NCBI GenBank assembly: GCA_963666835.2
Contig: CAXXGO010000001.1
Span: 1,248,001-1,312,000, forward strand
DNA from: Phycisphaerae bacterium
Lineage (GTDB): Bacteria; Planctomycetota; Phycisphaerae; UBA1845
Length of the DNA: 64,000 bases
Direction: 5' to 3'
The notes under the pieces are model-generated. The model was not told the DNA's origin and did not search any database. It saw only the letters and a program-made list of their open reading frames with translations. Below, one piece after another: positions 38,111 to 47,704 of this stretch. The position numbers were made by a program, and so were the translations under genes. Numbering within the stretch: the stretch's first letter is position 1; every line of letters begins with the position of its first letter.

Positions 38111-38308
38111 CTTGCCCCGAGGGGGCTCGGGTGTGTAGCCAGGGGGGGCAAGCCCCTGGCCGCGTGGCCCGTGCCGTTCTGAATTGCGCGGATATTCCGA
38201 TCGAGTGGCCCACGTGCTTTTGACTTGCGCGGATACTCCGATTCGTCGAGAATCACGCGAGCCTATGTTGTCTGCACGTGGGGGAGCCGATGACATACGG
38301 TCTCCCCC
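38111..38308. repeat. IS200-like palindrome copy plus partial and full copy 2 of the structured repeat
   Basis: cttgccccgagggggctcgggtgtgtagccagggggggcaagcccctgg matches 36532-36580; 38164-38203 is a partial and 38205-38308 a full copy of 36409-36508. Confidence 0.8.
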
Positions 38309-38368
38309 GGGCCACCCGGCCGTTACGTAAGGACCGTGGCAGGCATTGGCACTTACGGTGCAGATCGA

Positions 38369-38791
38369 TCACTCGGGTGTGTATTGGTCGAGAAAGCTCT
38401 GCAAGATGACCTGGGCGGCCACGCGGTCCAGGCGGGCCTTCTTCTTCTTGCGGGTTAGCTCGGCGGGTAGAAGCAGCTCCTCGGCTGCGAAGCTCGAGAG
38501 CCGTTCATCGAAGTAATGGACCGTAAGAGCGGTCAAACGCGTCAGTTCCGCACCGAATGATCGGGTGATCTTGGCCTGTTTGCCTTCCGTGTCATCCATG
38601 TTGAGCGGCAGGCCGAGGACGAAGGCGTCCACGTCGTATTCCTTCGCAAGGGCGACGACGGCTGCGGCGCTTTCAGCCGGGGTCCCGCGGGTCGGCAGGG
38701 TGGTCAGTGGGGTGACAATGCGCGCATCGGCGTCGCTAACCGCCAATCCGATCCGCTTAGTGCCGTAGTCGATGCCAAGAAAGCGCGCCAT
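38369..38791 (-). CDS. ruvX: Holliday junction resolvase RuvX / YqgF pre-16S rRNA nuclease
   Basis: FLGIDYGTKRIGLAVSD, VLGLP, DERLSS, DRVAAQVILQSFLD. Confidence 0.95.
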   Translation of the reverse strand: MARFLGIDYGTKRIGLAVSDADARIVTPLTTLPTRGTPAESAAAVVALAKEYDVDAFVLGLPLNMDDTEGKQAKITRSFGAELTRLTALTVHYFDERLSSFAAEELLLPAELTRKKKKARLDRVAAQVILQSFLDQYTPE

Positions 38792-38842
38792 GAATTCACC
38801 CGGGCGAACCGACTCGGACCACCCTCCATCGAACACTCCGCA

Positions 38843-39914
38843 TCAGGCATACTCCTGGTCAAAGGTCTCGTGGATACCTTCCACCATATCCTTGAGGCGA
38901 TGCGCCTGGTCCTTTCGACAGACCAAGGTGGCGTCCGGAGAATGCACCACAATAAGGTCTTCGACTCCGATCGTAGCCACCAGGTGCTTCTCCTCCGAAA
39001 CAACGATATTGCCCCGCGAATCCAGGTGCCGCACGAGCGCGCCGGCGGTGATATTGCCGTTGGTGTCCGCGTCGATCACGCCTTCTATCGCCGGCCAGGT
39101 GCCCACGTCCACCCAGTTGCAGTCCATTTCGACGACCAGCACGCGCGGGGCGTTCTCCATTACCGCATAGTCAATACTGATCTTCGTAAGTGACGGATAC
39201 AGATTCCGGAGCTTCTGTTGGCGGGTATCGGTAAGCCACGCGGACGCAATCTCGCCGATGGCCGCACGCGAGGGAGGCAACTGCCGTTCCAGCTCGCCTA
39301 GGATGGTCGACGCCTGCCACGCGAACATGCCGCTGTTCCAGTAATACTCCCCGCTGGAGAAGTACTCCGTGGCCGTGGGCAGGTCCGGCTTCTCCTCGAA
39401 CTTCGCGACCTCATACAGGCCCTCGGCCAGACGTTGCCCTCGGCGGACGTAGCCGTAGTTGGTATCCGGACGAGTCGGTTTGATACCCATGGTCACCAGC
39501 GTGTCACCGTGCTCCTCGGCCGTGGCGAAGGCGTGGTTGACCGCCTTCTGAAATCGGTCTGGGGGGGGTGATGATATGATCGGCGGTGAACATCCCGATC
39601 ACGGCTTCGGGATCGCGCTGAGCTACTACGGCGGCCGACAGCCCGACGGCATTAGCGGTATCGCGGCCTACCGGCTCACCGATGAGATTGTCCGTGGGAA
39701 GTTCCGGGAGTTCTTTCGCCACCATGGGCAAATGATCGTCCGCGGTGATGATGTGAATCTGTTCGGGAGGCAGCAATGCCGCTACCCGTTCGTACGACTG
39801 CCGCAGAAGGCTGGTTCCGTCGAAGAGCCTGAGCAGTTGCTTGGGGCGTTGTTTTCTGCTCAACGGCCAGAGTCTGACTCCGGCCCCGCCGGCCATGATT
39901 ACGGCGTGTCGCAT
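38843..39914 (-). pseudogene. manC: mannose-1-phosphate guanylyltransferase, split by a +1 frameshift in a G8 tract (39561-39568)
   Basis: N-half AVIMAGGAGVRLWPLSR..PKQ..EPVGRDTA..ADH; C-half GIKPTRPDTNYGY..FEEKP..WNSGMF..ISIDYAVME..WVDVGTW; deleting one base fuses them as IITPPDRFQKAVNHAFATAEEHGDTLVTMGIKP. Confidence 0.85.
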
Positions 39915-39942
39915 GGTGAACAGTCCTTATGTCTTTGTGATG

Positions 39943-42111
39943 TCATTCTATCTCGTCGAAATCCACGCGCTTAAGCTGGGCGAATTCCAGCACCCACGAC
40001 TTCCGAGCACCGCTCTTGAACAACACATCCACATGCGAGCGTTTGAACCCGCGGTGCATGGCTAAGACCTGGCCGAGCCCGAATTCCGGATGCTCTACCA
40101 AGGTGCCGATGCCCCATTGCTCAATATCATCGGGCAGGCGGCCCCGTGCGGAGTCGGACCGGTGTCTGACCGACTTGGGTTCGGGGGCGTCCCAATGGAG
40201 CTGATCCCGCGGCAACTCGTCCAGGAACGGGCTGCGCACCGTTCGGCTGGTTTCGCCGCGGAGCATGCGATACCGAGCCCGCGAAAGGGTAAGGTGCCGC
40301 TTGGCTCGCGTCATCCCCACGAAGAGCAGCCGGCGTTCCTCCTCTTCGTCCGCCGGCTCTTCGTCGCGCCGCTTGAACGGGAGCATCCCGTCTTCGAGCC
40401 CCATAATGAACACGGTTTCGAACTCGAGGCCCTTGGCGGCGTGGAGGGTCATCAAGGTGACAGTTCCGCCGTTCTCCCGGACCCCGTCCACGTCGCTGAG
40501 CAACGCGGTATACTCGAGCCAATCGCGGACCGTTGCGTCGGCGTGTTCCTGTTGGAAAAGGGCGGCGGCGTTGAGCAGTTCATCGAGGTTTGCCGCCGGG
40601 GCGTCGTCCACCCCGGTGGGGTCGTGGTACAAGGCCCGCAGACCGGATCGGCTCATGACCATCTCCAGGGCCTGACGCGCCGGAAGGGTCGGCGCCGGGG
40701 CGAGTTCCCGCAGGAGTTCTCCAAACTGACGCACCTTCGCCGCAGAACGCCCGAGAGCAGCGAGGTCCTCGCCCTGCAGAGTTTCGTAGATCGACCGGCC
40801 GGACTCCTGAGCCCGCTCGGTCAGCCGGCGGACGGTTGTCGCTCCGATCCCGCGGGTGGGCGTGTTAATGATTCGCAGCAAAGAGACCTCGTCGGCCGGG
40901 TTAACCAGCACGCGCAGGTAAGCGAGGACGTCCTTGATCTCCTTGCGGTTGTAGAACTCGACCCCGCGGGCGACCTGGTACGCGATCCCCTGGTGCAAGA
41001 GCGCTTCCTCAATACCGCGACTCAGGGAGTTGATCCGATAGAAGACCGCAATCTCGGACGGAGCCACCCCGTGGCGAAGCTGCCTGCCGATCTCGCGGGC
41101 GATGGCGGAGGCTTCCTCGTTGCCGCTTTCACTTTCGACCACGTGGACGGGGCTGCCGTCGGCGCCTTCGGTCCAAAGGGTCTTCTCCTTGCGGAGAGTG
41201 TTGGCCGAGATGAGCCGGTCGGCGGCGTCCAGAATGAGCTTGGTAGAGCGGAAGTTTTGCTCCAGGCGGACTACCTTCGCGCCGGGGTAGTCGCGTTCGA
41301 AGGTCAGGATGTTCTCGATGTTCGCCCCACGCCAGCCGTAGATCGACTGATCGGGGTCGCCGGTGGCACAGAGGTTCTTGCGTTGTTCGGTGAGCAGCCG
41401 GGCGATGGCGTACTGCGCGGCGTTGGTGTCCTGATACTCGTCGATTAACACATATCGGTACCGATCCTCCAGGCGCCGGCGTAGCTCGGAGTCGTGTTTC
41501 AGAAGGATCGCAACCCGCATCAGCAGGTCATCGAAGTCCAATCCGCCCATCTCCGTCAGAGCGGTTTCATAGGCTGCGTAGATGCGCGCGATGGTCCCGT
41601 GTCGCCAGTCGTTTTCCGTCTCGGCGAAGTCGGCGGCGGTCAGCATGTCGTTCTTGGCGTTGCTGATGTCCTGCTCGACCCGGGCCGGGCTCCAGTTGTC
41701 CGTGGAGAGATTGCACTCCGCGATGGCCTTCTTCAGCACCTTCCGGCGGTCTTCGCGGTCAAAGATCGTGAAATCTCTGGGGACGTTTGCCCGATCGTGG
41801 TGGATCCGTAGGAGCCGGGCGCACAGGGCGTGAAAGGTGCAGACGGTCATGCCTTCACCGAAGCCGAGGGCCGCGACGCGCTCGTACATCTCGCGGGCGG
41901 CTTTGTTCGTGAAGGTGATTGCCAGGATGTCGCGCGGCTCTGCCACCGTGGAGGCCAGATAAGCCGCCCGGCGCGTAACGACCCGGGTCTTCCCGCTGCC
42001 CGGTCCGGCGAGGATCAGCAGAGGCCCATCGGTGTGGACGGTCGCCTCTCGCTGAGGGTCGGTGAGGTCCTTAAGGAGCCCGGTCACAGTAGCATCCGTG
42101 CTGGTTCGCAT
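39943..42111 (-). CDS. pcrA: UvrD/PcrA superfamily I DNA helicase
   Basis: AGPGSGKT, TFTNKAA, DEYQD, GDPDQSIYGWRGA, TLHAAKGLEF, EERRLLFVGMTRA; C-terminal Tudor-like HPEFGLG. Confidence 0.96.
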   Translation of the reverse strand: MRTSTDATVTGLLKDLTDPQREATVHTDGPLLILAGPGSGKTRVVTRRAAYLASTVAEPRDILAITFTNKAAREMYERVAALGFGEGMTVCTFHALCARLLRIHHDRANVPRDFTIFDREDRRKVLKKAIAECNLSTDNWSPARVEQDISNAKNDMLTAADFAETENDWRHGTIARIYAAYETALTEMGGLDFDDLLMRVAILLKHDSELRRRLEDRYRYVLIDEYQDTNAAQYAIARLLTEQRKNLCATGDPDQSIYGWRGANIENILTFERDYPGAKVVRLEQNFRSTKLILDAADRLISANTLRKEKTLWTEGADGSPVHVVESESGNEEASAIAREIGRQLRHGVAPSEIAVFYRINSLSRGIEEALLHQGIAYQVARGVEFYNRKEIKDVLAYLRVLVNPADEVSLLRIINTPTRGIGATTVRRLTERAQESGRSIYETLQGEDLAALGRSAAKVRQFGELLRELAPAPTLPARQALEMVMSRSGLRALYHDPTGVDDAPAANLDELLNAAALFQQEHADATVRDWLEYTALLSDVDGVRENGGTVTLMTLHAAKGLEFETVFIMGLEDGMLPFKRRDEEPADEEEERRLLFVGMTRAKRHLTLSRARYRMLRGETSRTVRSPFLDELPRDQLHWDAPEPKSVRHRSDSARGRLPDDIEQWGIGTLVEHPEFGLGQVLAMHRGFKRSHVDVLFKSGARKSWVLEFAQLKRVDFDEIE

Positions 42112-42165
42112 CCTCCTCTGTATAGCCGCTGAATCCGCGAGCGTCCACCCACGGCGCCTGGGAGA

Positions 42166-42813
42166 TTAAGGGCGGCGGTCGCCTTGCATGATGCGCACGA
42201 CTCTGCTGACCGTTTGCTGATCGGCAGCGGTGGCCTTGACGGTGAGGTGTCGTTCCCCGCGGGATACCAGCACGGGGACGTCATCGGCGGCGAGTATGCG
42301 GTACAGAGCTCGCGCTTTGGACTTCGGCATCTTGTACGTGCGGGTCGTATTCCACTGACCATGCAGTTTCCCGACATGGTCCTTCACAGTCTCCGGGGCC
42401 ACGTCGGCATGTCGGCCGAGGAGTTCCGCAAAGGCTGTCAACGCATCGATCTCGTCCGATGTGCCGGTAAGGACCAGACCACTCTCTTGACGACGGCCGA
42501 CCACAACGCGGATGTCCTTCGGGGCCAGAAGATCGTATACGCTGTCAGTCTTGGAAGGAGACAGAAACGGAGTGGCGCTAAGGGTGGGTAGGTTGGAATA
42601 GTCTCGCTGGGACTGCCCGGCAGACCGGGCCGCTCCGAGGACGGCCAGGGTCGCTGCTATGGTCACAACGATCGCCAGCAGCACGGCCACACTGCGCAAC
42701 TCGGGAGCGGGGCGAGACGTCGACTTCGACGGCATCAGGGGACGGCCGCACGTAACGCAGAACCTCGCTTGAAGCGGATACGAGCGATGGCACGTTGTAC
42801 AGATCATGTTCAT
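42166..42813 (-). CDS. zinc-ribbon - TM - periplasmic domain protein (NolW-like repeats)
   Basis: CTTC...ARFCVTCG, TM, then LVLTGTSDEIDAL and LTVKATAADQQTV. Confidence 0.65.
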   Translation of the reverse strand: MNMICTTCHRSYPLQARFCVTCGRPLMPSKSTSRPAPELRSVAVLLAIVVTIAATLAVLGAARSAGQSQRDYSNLPTLSATPFLSPSKTDSVYDLLAPKDIRVVVGRRQESGLVLTGTSDEIDALTAFAELLGRHADVAPETVKDHVGKLHGQWNTTRTYKMPKSKARALYRILAADDVPVLVSRGERHLTVKATAADQQTVSRVVRIMQGDRRP

Positions 42814-43288
42814 CGAGAACCGCCGCTGTTGTCGAAAGACCTCTGACCTCCGCGGGGATTGTATCGCCGATCCCGGCCGAGTGGATATTACAATCTCCGG
42901 CGAAGCCTGTAACCGGCGTGGGGGGCCGGCGGAACCGGCAACCTCGACGGCAGAGGGTTGACGCGCAGAGGCACCGGTTCCGAGCCCGGCCCGATTCACC
43001 AGTGCCGGTCAGGGTACTGGCTTATTCGAGAGGCAAGTCCAGAATATTGCGATCGTAGCGTGCCCATTTAGACTCCCGCGTGGAAATGCGGCAACGGACT
43101 CCCAGTCGACCCGTCTGTTGTTGTCGTGGGGCGTCGAAATACGTACATCGATCGTTGATATTGGTGCTCAGGTATCGAATCAACCGTTATGATGAAAGCG
43201 GCTATCGGCACGCGGCCGGTCCGGGATCGGATAGGCTGCGGCCGAGAGGCTGATTCGTGTCACTCGATTGCTGCAGGGGACCTTCGCG

Positions 43289-44080
43289 GTGTCGGAGCTG
43301 GTCAAGCCAAAACGGGCGGCTGTCCGATTATCGGACATTCCGCTGACGCTTTTTGCCCCGAGGCGGGTGTTCGCACGGGTTGAGGACGTTGCGGGCTATG
43401 GGTGGCCTCTGGCTCTTCTGCTGGTCACGGTGACTATGGTCGGATTCGCGACTGTCGAGACGGGTCTCATTGACCGGGAGGTCGACCGAGCAGTCCAGCG
43501 GAGTATTGCCGATATCGAGCGGGAACAGTTCGACATCGTCGAGCGGTCGGCGCTTAGCCAGATGATCGAAGAGAAGCGGAAGGAGGGCGAGTTCCTTCGC
43601 TTGATGGCGCGGGTGCGGGTAGTGGCTGCTCGACCGATAGCTACGCTGGCAACGGTGTTGCTGCTGGCGGCCTTCTTCTATGGTCTGGTGGCGCTCACTG
43701 GGCGGAAGCCGGAATGGCACACGCTGCTGACGGTCTTTGTTCTGGCGAGCTTCGTTAGCGCACTCGGGCTTGTGGTGAGGCTGGGGCTGATGCTCTGGTA
43801 CCGGACGCTGGAGGTCGATACGTCCCTGGCGTTGCTGAGTCGATCGTTCGTTCCGCAAGAGGCTGCCAATAGGATGTCGCTTGCGGTGTCCTCCGGGTTG
43901 TTGTCGGCGGTGGACCCGTTTCGGATGTGGTTCTGGTTTGTGATAGTGGTGGGGCTGACCGCGACCTCACAGCTTCGAGGGTGGAAGGTCTGGACCGTGT
44001 GTACTCTGTTGTGGCTGTCCGCGGCGGGCGTGCGGACAGCGCTGGCGTGCGGAATGGCGGCCGGGAGTGTTCCGGCATAG
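43289..44080 (+). CDS. Yip1 family membrane protein (YknW-like)
   Basis: LFAPRRVFARV; multi-TM; VDPFRMW; first gene of the ABC exporter operon. Confidence 0.8.
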   Translation: MSELVKPKRAAVRLSDIPLTLFAPRRVFARVEDVAGYGWPLALLLVTVTMVGFATVETGLIDREVDRAVQRSIADIEREQFDIVERSALSQMIEEKRKEGEFLRLMARVRVVAARPIATLATVLLLAAFFYGLVALTGRKPEWHTLLTVFVLASFVSALGLVVRLGLMLWYRTLEVDTSLALLSRSFVPQEAANRMSLAVSSGLLSAVDPFRMWFWFVIVVGLTATSQLRGWKVWTVCTLLWLSAAGVRTALACGMAAGSVPA

Positions 44081-44132
44081 GCGGAGCGGAGTTTTCCAGG
44101 GAGACGCCGGCTGGTATCGGCGGGATGCGACC

Positions 44133-45503
44133 ATGAAGACGCTTCTGGGGATTATTCTGTTGGGCGGGATGATCGTAGCGCTGTTTGCGCTCAACGGTTA
44201 CACTCGTCGAGAAGACGGCAAAAGCGTGCTGAACGTGGCGGAGGAGGTTCCGGTTACGGTTGAACTGGCCGAGCCTCAACAGCGCAGCATCGTTCGTACG
44301 GTTCAGGCTCCCGGTGACGTGGAGGCTTACTCGGAAGTCGACATAAGCGCCGAGGTCGTAGCGAAGATCCTGGAAATGCCGATCGGGTCGGGTTCGGTGG
44401 TGAAGGCCGGCGACCTTTTGTGCCGCCTCGATGACGCTGACTACCGGGCCCGAATCGCTTCCTCTGAGGCTAACGTTGCGAAGTTGAAGGCCATTATTGT
44501 CCAGGCCGAGGCGGATTTGGAGAAGGCCGACCGCGACTTCAAGCGACAGGTCAGGCTCTCCGAGGCCTCGGCTACGTCTTCGATCGAGCTGGCCGACTAC
44601 CACACCATGCTGATCCGCGCCCGGGCGGCGGTCGAGGTCCGCCGGCAGGAGCTCATCGAGGCGGAGGCGTTTCTGCAGTCCGCCCGGGAGGATCTGAGCA
44701 AGACGGTAATCACGTCACCGATGGACGGAGTGGTCTCGCAGCTCTTCGCTAAACAGGGTGAAGTTGTAGTGACCGGGACGATGAACAACCCCGGAACGCG
44801 CATCATGGTGATCAGCGATCTATCGCGCATGCAGGTTCGCTGTCGCGTTGACGAAACGGACGCGGCGCTGGTGATGGACGACCAGCCCGCGCGGATTTAT
44901 CTGCAGTCGAGTATCGAGAAGGCGGTGCCGGGTCACGTGGCGGCGGTGGCGACGAAGGGCACCAAGCCTCAGGGGCGCGATGTCGTAACGTTTGAGACGT
45001 TGGTTCTTGTGGATTCCGACGATGTGCGCGTCAAACCGGGGATGACCGCGAATGTCGAGATCGAAGTCGCGCGGAGTGACGAGGCCTTGACGGTGCCTGT
45101 TCAAGCCGTTGTCCACCGCAAACGTCGAGATCTGCCGGAGGAGCTTGTGGCCCGGTACGACGAGGCAAAAGCGGAGCGCGCCGTCGCGAATGTGCCGCGG
45201 GTTGCCGAGTATCTGAAAGTGGTCTATTGCGTGGAAGATGAAGTGGCCCGTCCCCAACTCGTCGAGACCGGAATCAGTGATCCGACCAGCGTGGAGATTC
45301 TAAGCGGGCTTGCCCTCGACGACCGGGTCGTGATCGGTCCCTTCCGCAGTCTGGACCAACTCAAGAAGGAATCCCCCATCTCGCTGGAGGATGCGAAGAA
45401 GAAGGAAGGCGAGGATTCGGAGCAAGAGAGTGATGAGGCGGATACACCGCGGGAAGACGCTCCCGATGTCGAGGAGGCCACCGCGCGGGCGGAGGAGGGG
45501 TGA
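44133..45503 (+). CDS. efflux periplasmic adaptor subunit (MacA/YknX-like)
   Basis: ISAEVVAKI..VKAGDLL; ITSPMDGVV; VDETD; KPGMTANVEI. Confidence 0.92.
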   Translation: MKTLLGIILLGGMIVALFALNGYTRREDGKSVLNVAEEVPVTVELAEPQQRSIVRTVQAPGDVEAYSEVDISAEVVAKILEMPIGSGSVVKAGDLLCRLDDADYRARIASSEANVAKLKAIIVQAEADLEKADRDFKRQVRLSEASATSSIELADYHTMLIRARAAVEVRRQELIEAEAFLQSAREDLSKTVITSPMDGVVSQLFAKQGEVVVTGTMNNPGTRIMVISDLSRMQVRCRVDETDAALVMDDQPARIYLQSSIEKAVPGHVAAVATKGTKPQGRDVVTFETLVLVDSDDVRVKPGMTANVEIEVARSDEALTVPVQAVVHRKRRDLPEELVARYDEAKAERAVANVPRVAEYLKVVYCVEDEVARPQLVETGISDPTSVEILSGLALDDRVVIGPFRSLDQLKKESPISLEDAKKKEGEDSEQESDEADTPREDAPDVEEATARAEEG

Positions 45504-46276
45504 TGGTCTCCAGCACGCAGTCAAGTAATCCGCCGCCGGTCATCGAGCTGATCGATGTCCACAAGATCTACCGGGTCGGTACGGAACTCGTGCATGCGCT
45601 GCGGGGGGTCTCGCTCACCATCAGAGAGAACGAGTACCTTGCCATCATGGGGGCCTCGGGGTCGGGTAAGAGCACGATGATGAACATCCTGGGGTGTCTC
45701 GACGTTCTGACCGAGGGTGAGTACCGCCTCCGGGAGCAGAATGTGGCGAGGCTCTCTCAGTCGAAGCTGGCTCGGATTCGCAGCCGGCAGATCGGGTTCG
45801 TCTTTCAGTCGTTCGAGCTGCTCCCACGGATGACGGCGTTGAAGAACGTCGAGCTACCCCTGGTATACAGCCGAACGCCGCGGCGCCGGCAGCGGGCGAT
45901 TGAAGCGCTCGAGCGCGTCAACCTGCTCGATCGGGCCCATCATCGCCCGAACCAGTTGTCCGGTGGGCAGAAGCAACGGGTGGCGGTGGCTCGGGCACTT
46001 GCCCAACAGCCCGACCTCATCCTGGCAGATGAACCGACCGGAAACCTGGACAGCGCTACCGGCCGGGAGATCATGGAGGTTTTCGACAGGCTTCACGCGG
46101 AGGGGCAGACGGTCATTATTGTCACTCACGAAGACCACATCGCCGAGCATTGCCGGCGCGTCGTTCGGTTGATGGACGGGCAGGTCGTGCTGGATACGAC
46201 CGACCATAGGACATCCACTCCGGCGGCCGTGCTCCCGGCGCAAGCGGTGACCGGCAAGGAGAGCATTGCCCCATGA
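45500..46276 (+). CDS. ABC transporter ATP-binding protein (MacB/LolD-like)
   Basis: [32 protein letters not shown]. Confidence 0.95.
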   Translation: MMVSSTQSSNPPPVIELIDVHKIYRVGTELVHALRGVSLTIRENEYLAIMGASGSGKSTMMNILGCLDVLTEGEYRLREQNVARLSQSKLARIRSRQIGFVFQSFELLPRMTALKNVELPLVYSRTPRRRQRAIEALERVNLLDRAHHRPNQLSGGQKQRVAVARALAQQPDLILADEPTGNLDSATGREIMEVFDRLHAEGQTVIIVTHEDHIAEHCRRVVRLMDGQVVLDTTDHRTSTPAAVLPAQAVTGKESIAP

Positions 46277-47541
46277 AGGCTCTCCGGATCATCCGTAACG
46301 TCTTGTTCTTCGTTCCAAACCAGTTCTTTTCGCTGGCACAGAATGTGGCGACGGCTTTGATCCAGGTGTGGGCCAACAAGGTCCGTTCCCTGCTGACCGT
46401 GCTGGGGATTATCATCGCAGTTACTTCGATCATCAGCGTGGTGTCCTTCGTTCAGGGCTTCGGTGATTACTTCACGAACTTCCTCAGAGGTCTGGGCACG
46501 AACCTGGTGGTCGTCTACCCGGAGTGGGTTCGCGGTCCGCGGGGGGAGTATCTCAAACGTGCGGAGATGAGCATCGAGGACATCAGGGCGGTGGACAATT
46601 TCGCCGAGGGCATTCGGCGGACGACCCCTGCCATCTACACTCGAGCCTCGATCGAGTACGGGCGGCAGCGGATCGACGGGGTCAACGTTCGTTGCACAAG
46701 CGAGCTGTTCCAACCGATTCGGAACTTCTATGCGGATCGGGGACGGTTCTTCAGTGCGGTTGATGTCGAGAACGCGGCGCAAGTTTGCGTACTAGGGCGC
46801 GAGATCCTGCGGAAGCTCGAGTGCGACGAGACGGTGGTCGGCGACTATGTACACATCGATGGCCAGCGTTTCAAGGTTGTCGGATTGCTTGAGGCCAAGG
46901 GGAGTTTCATGGGGGACAACCAGGATGAGCTGGCGGTCATTCCATGGACGACCGGGCTGAAGATGTACCCGCGCTCGCGCGACTACCTGGCGTTCTACGT
47001 GGAAGCCGCCGGCGAAGAACAGATCCCGGAGGCCGAGGGGCAGCTCGTTCGCATTCTGCGGCAAAGGCATGGGCTCAAGCCGGGCCAGCCCAACGACTTC
47101 GGCATCTTTAAACAGGATCAGATCCTCCAGGAGTTCAACCGCGTCAAGGTCATTGCCACCAGTGTGCTGGCGGGGATCGTGAGTATCTCCCTGTTGGTCG
47201 GCGGTATCGGCATCATGAACGTCATGTTGGTGGCAGTTACCGAACGAACTCGGGAGATTGGTTTGCGCAAGAGTGTCGGGGCGCGACGACGGGACATCCT
47301 CATGCAGTTCCTGACCGAAGCCGTCGTCTTGAGCACCGTCGGAGGAGTGATTGGCATTGCTCTGGGCTACGGGGTCGGCGGGATCGCCTCCCTCCATCCA
47401 CGCATGGTCGAAGTACACGTGCCGATGTGGTCGGTCGCCCTCGCTTTGGGGTTCAGCGCCGGAGTCGGCATCTTCTTCGGCATCGTCCCGGCGTTCAAGG
47501 CGGCTATCGTGCACCCGATAGACGCTCTCCGGCACGAGTAA
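46273..47541 (+). CDS. ABC transporter permease (MacB/YknZ-like)
   Basis: RSLLTVLGIII; GGIGIMNVMLVAVTERTREIGLRKSVGA; PIDALRHE. Confidence 0.95.
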   Translation: MKALRIIRNVLFFVPNQFFSLAQNVATALIQVWANKVRSLLTVLGIIIAVTSIISVVSFVQGFGDYFTNFLRGLGTNLVVVYPEWVRGPRGEYLKRAEMSIEDIRAVDNFAEGIRRTTPAIYTRASIEYGRQRIDGVNVRCTSELFQPIRNFYADRGRFFSAVDVENAAQVCVLGREILRKLECDETVVGDYVHIDGQRFKVVGLLEAKGSFMGDNQDELAVIPWTTGLKMYPRSRDYLAFYVEAAGEEQIPEAEGQLVRILRQRHGLKPGQPNDFGIFKQDQILQEFNRVKVIATSVLAGIVSISLLVGGIGIMNVMLVAVTERTREIGLRKSVGARRRDILMQFLTEAVVLSTVGGVIGIALGYGVGGIASLHPRMVEVHVPMWSVALALGFSAGVGIFFGIVPAFKAAIVHPIDALRHE

Positions 47542-47704
47542 GCACCGAAAGTCGTTTCATCCGTGCCATGCTTCCCTGCTTCTGCCAAGGTCTAGCGCCC
47601 CCTGCGCGGGCGGGCCAAGCCTGTCTTTGTTTCGGTAGTTTAATTGTGGTATCATCTCTGATGAAACTTATCTGCTGCGTGAATGTCAAGGAGAGGAAGG
47701 CTTC

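Noticed and set aside
40090..41448. 452-aa plus-strand ORF
   Set aside because: Antisense shadow of pcrA, typical of high-GC codon bias
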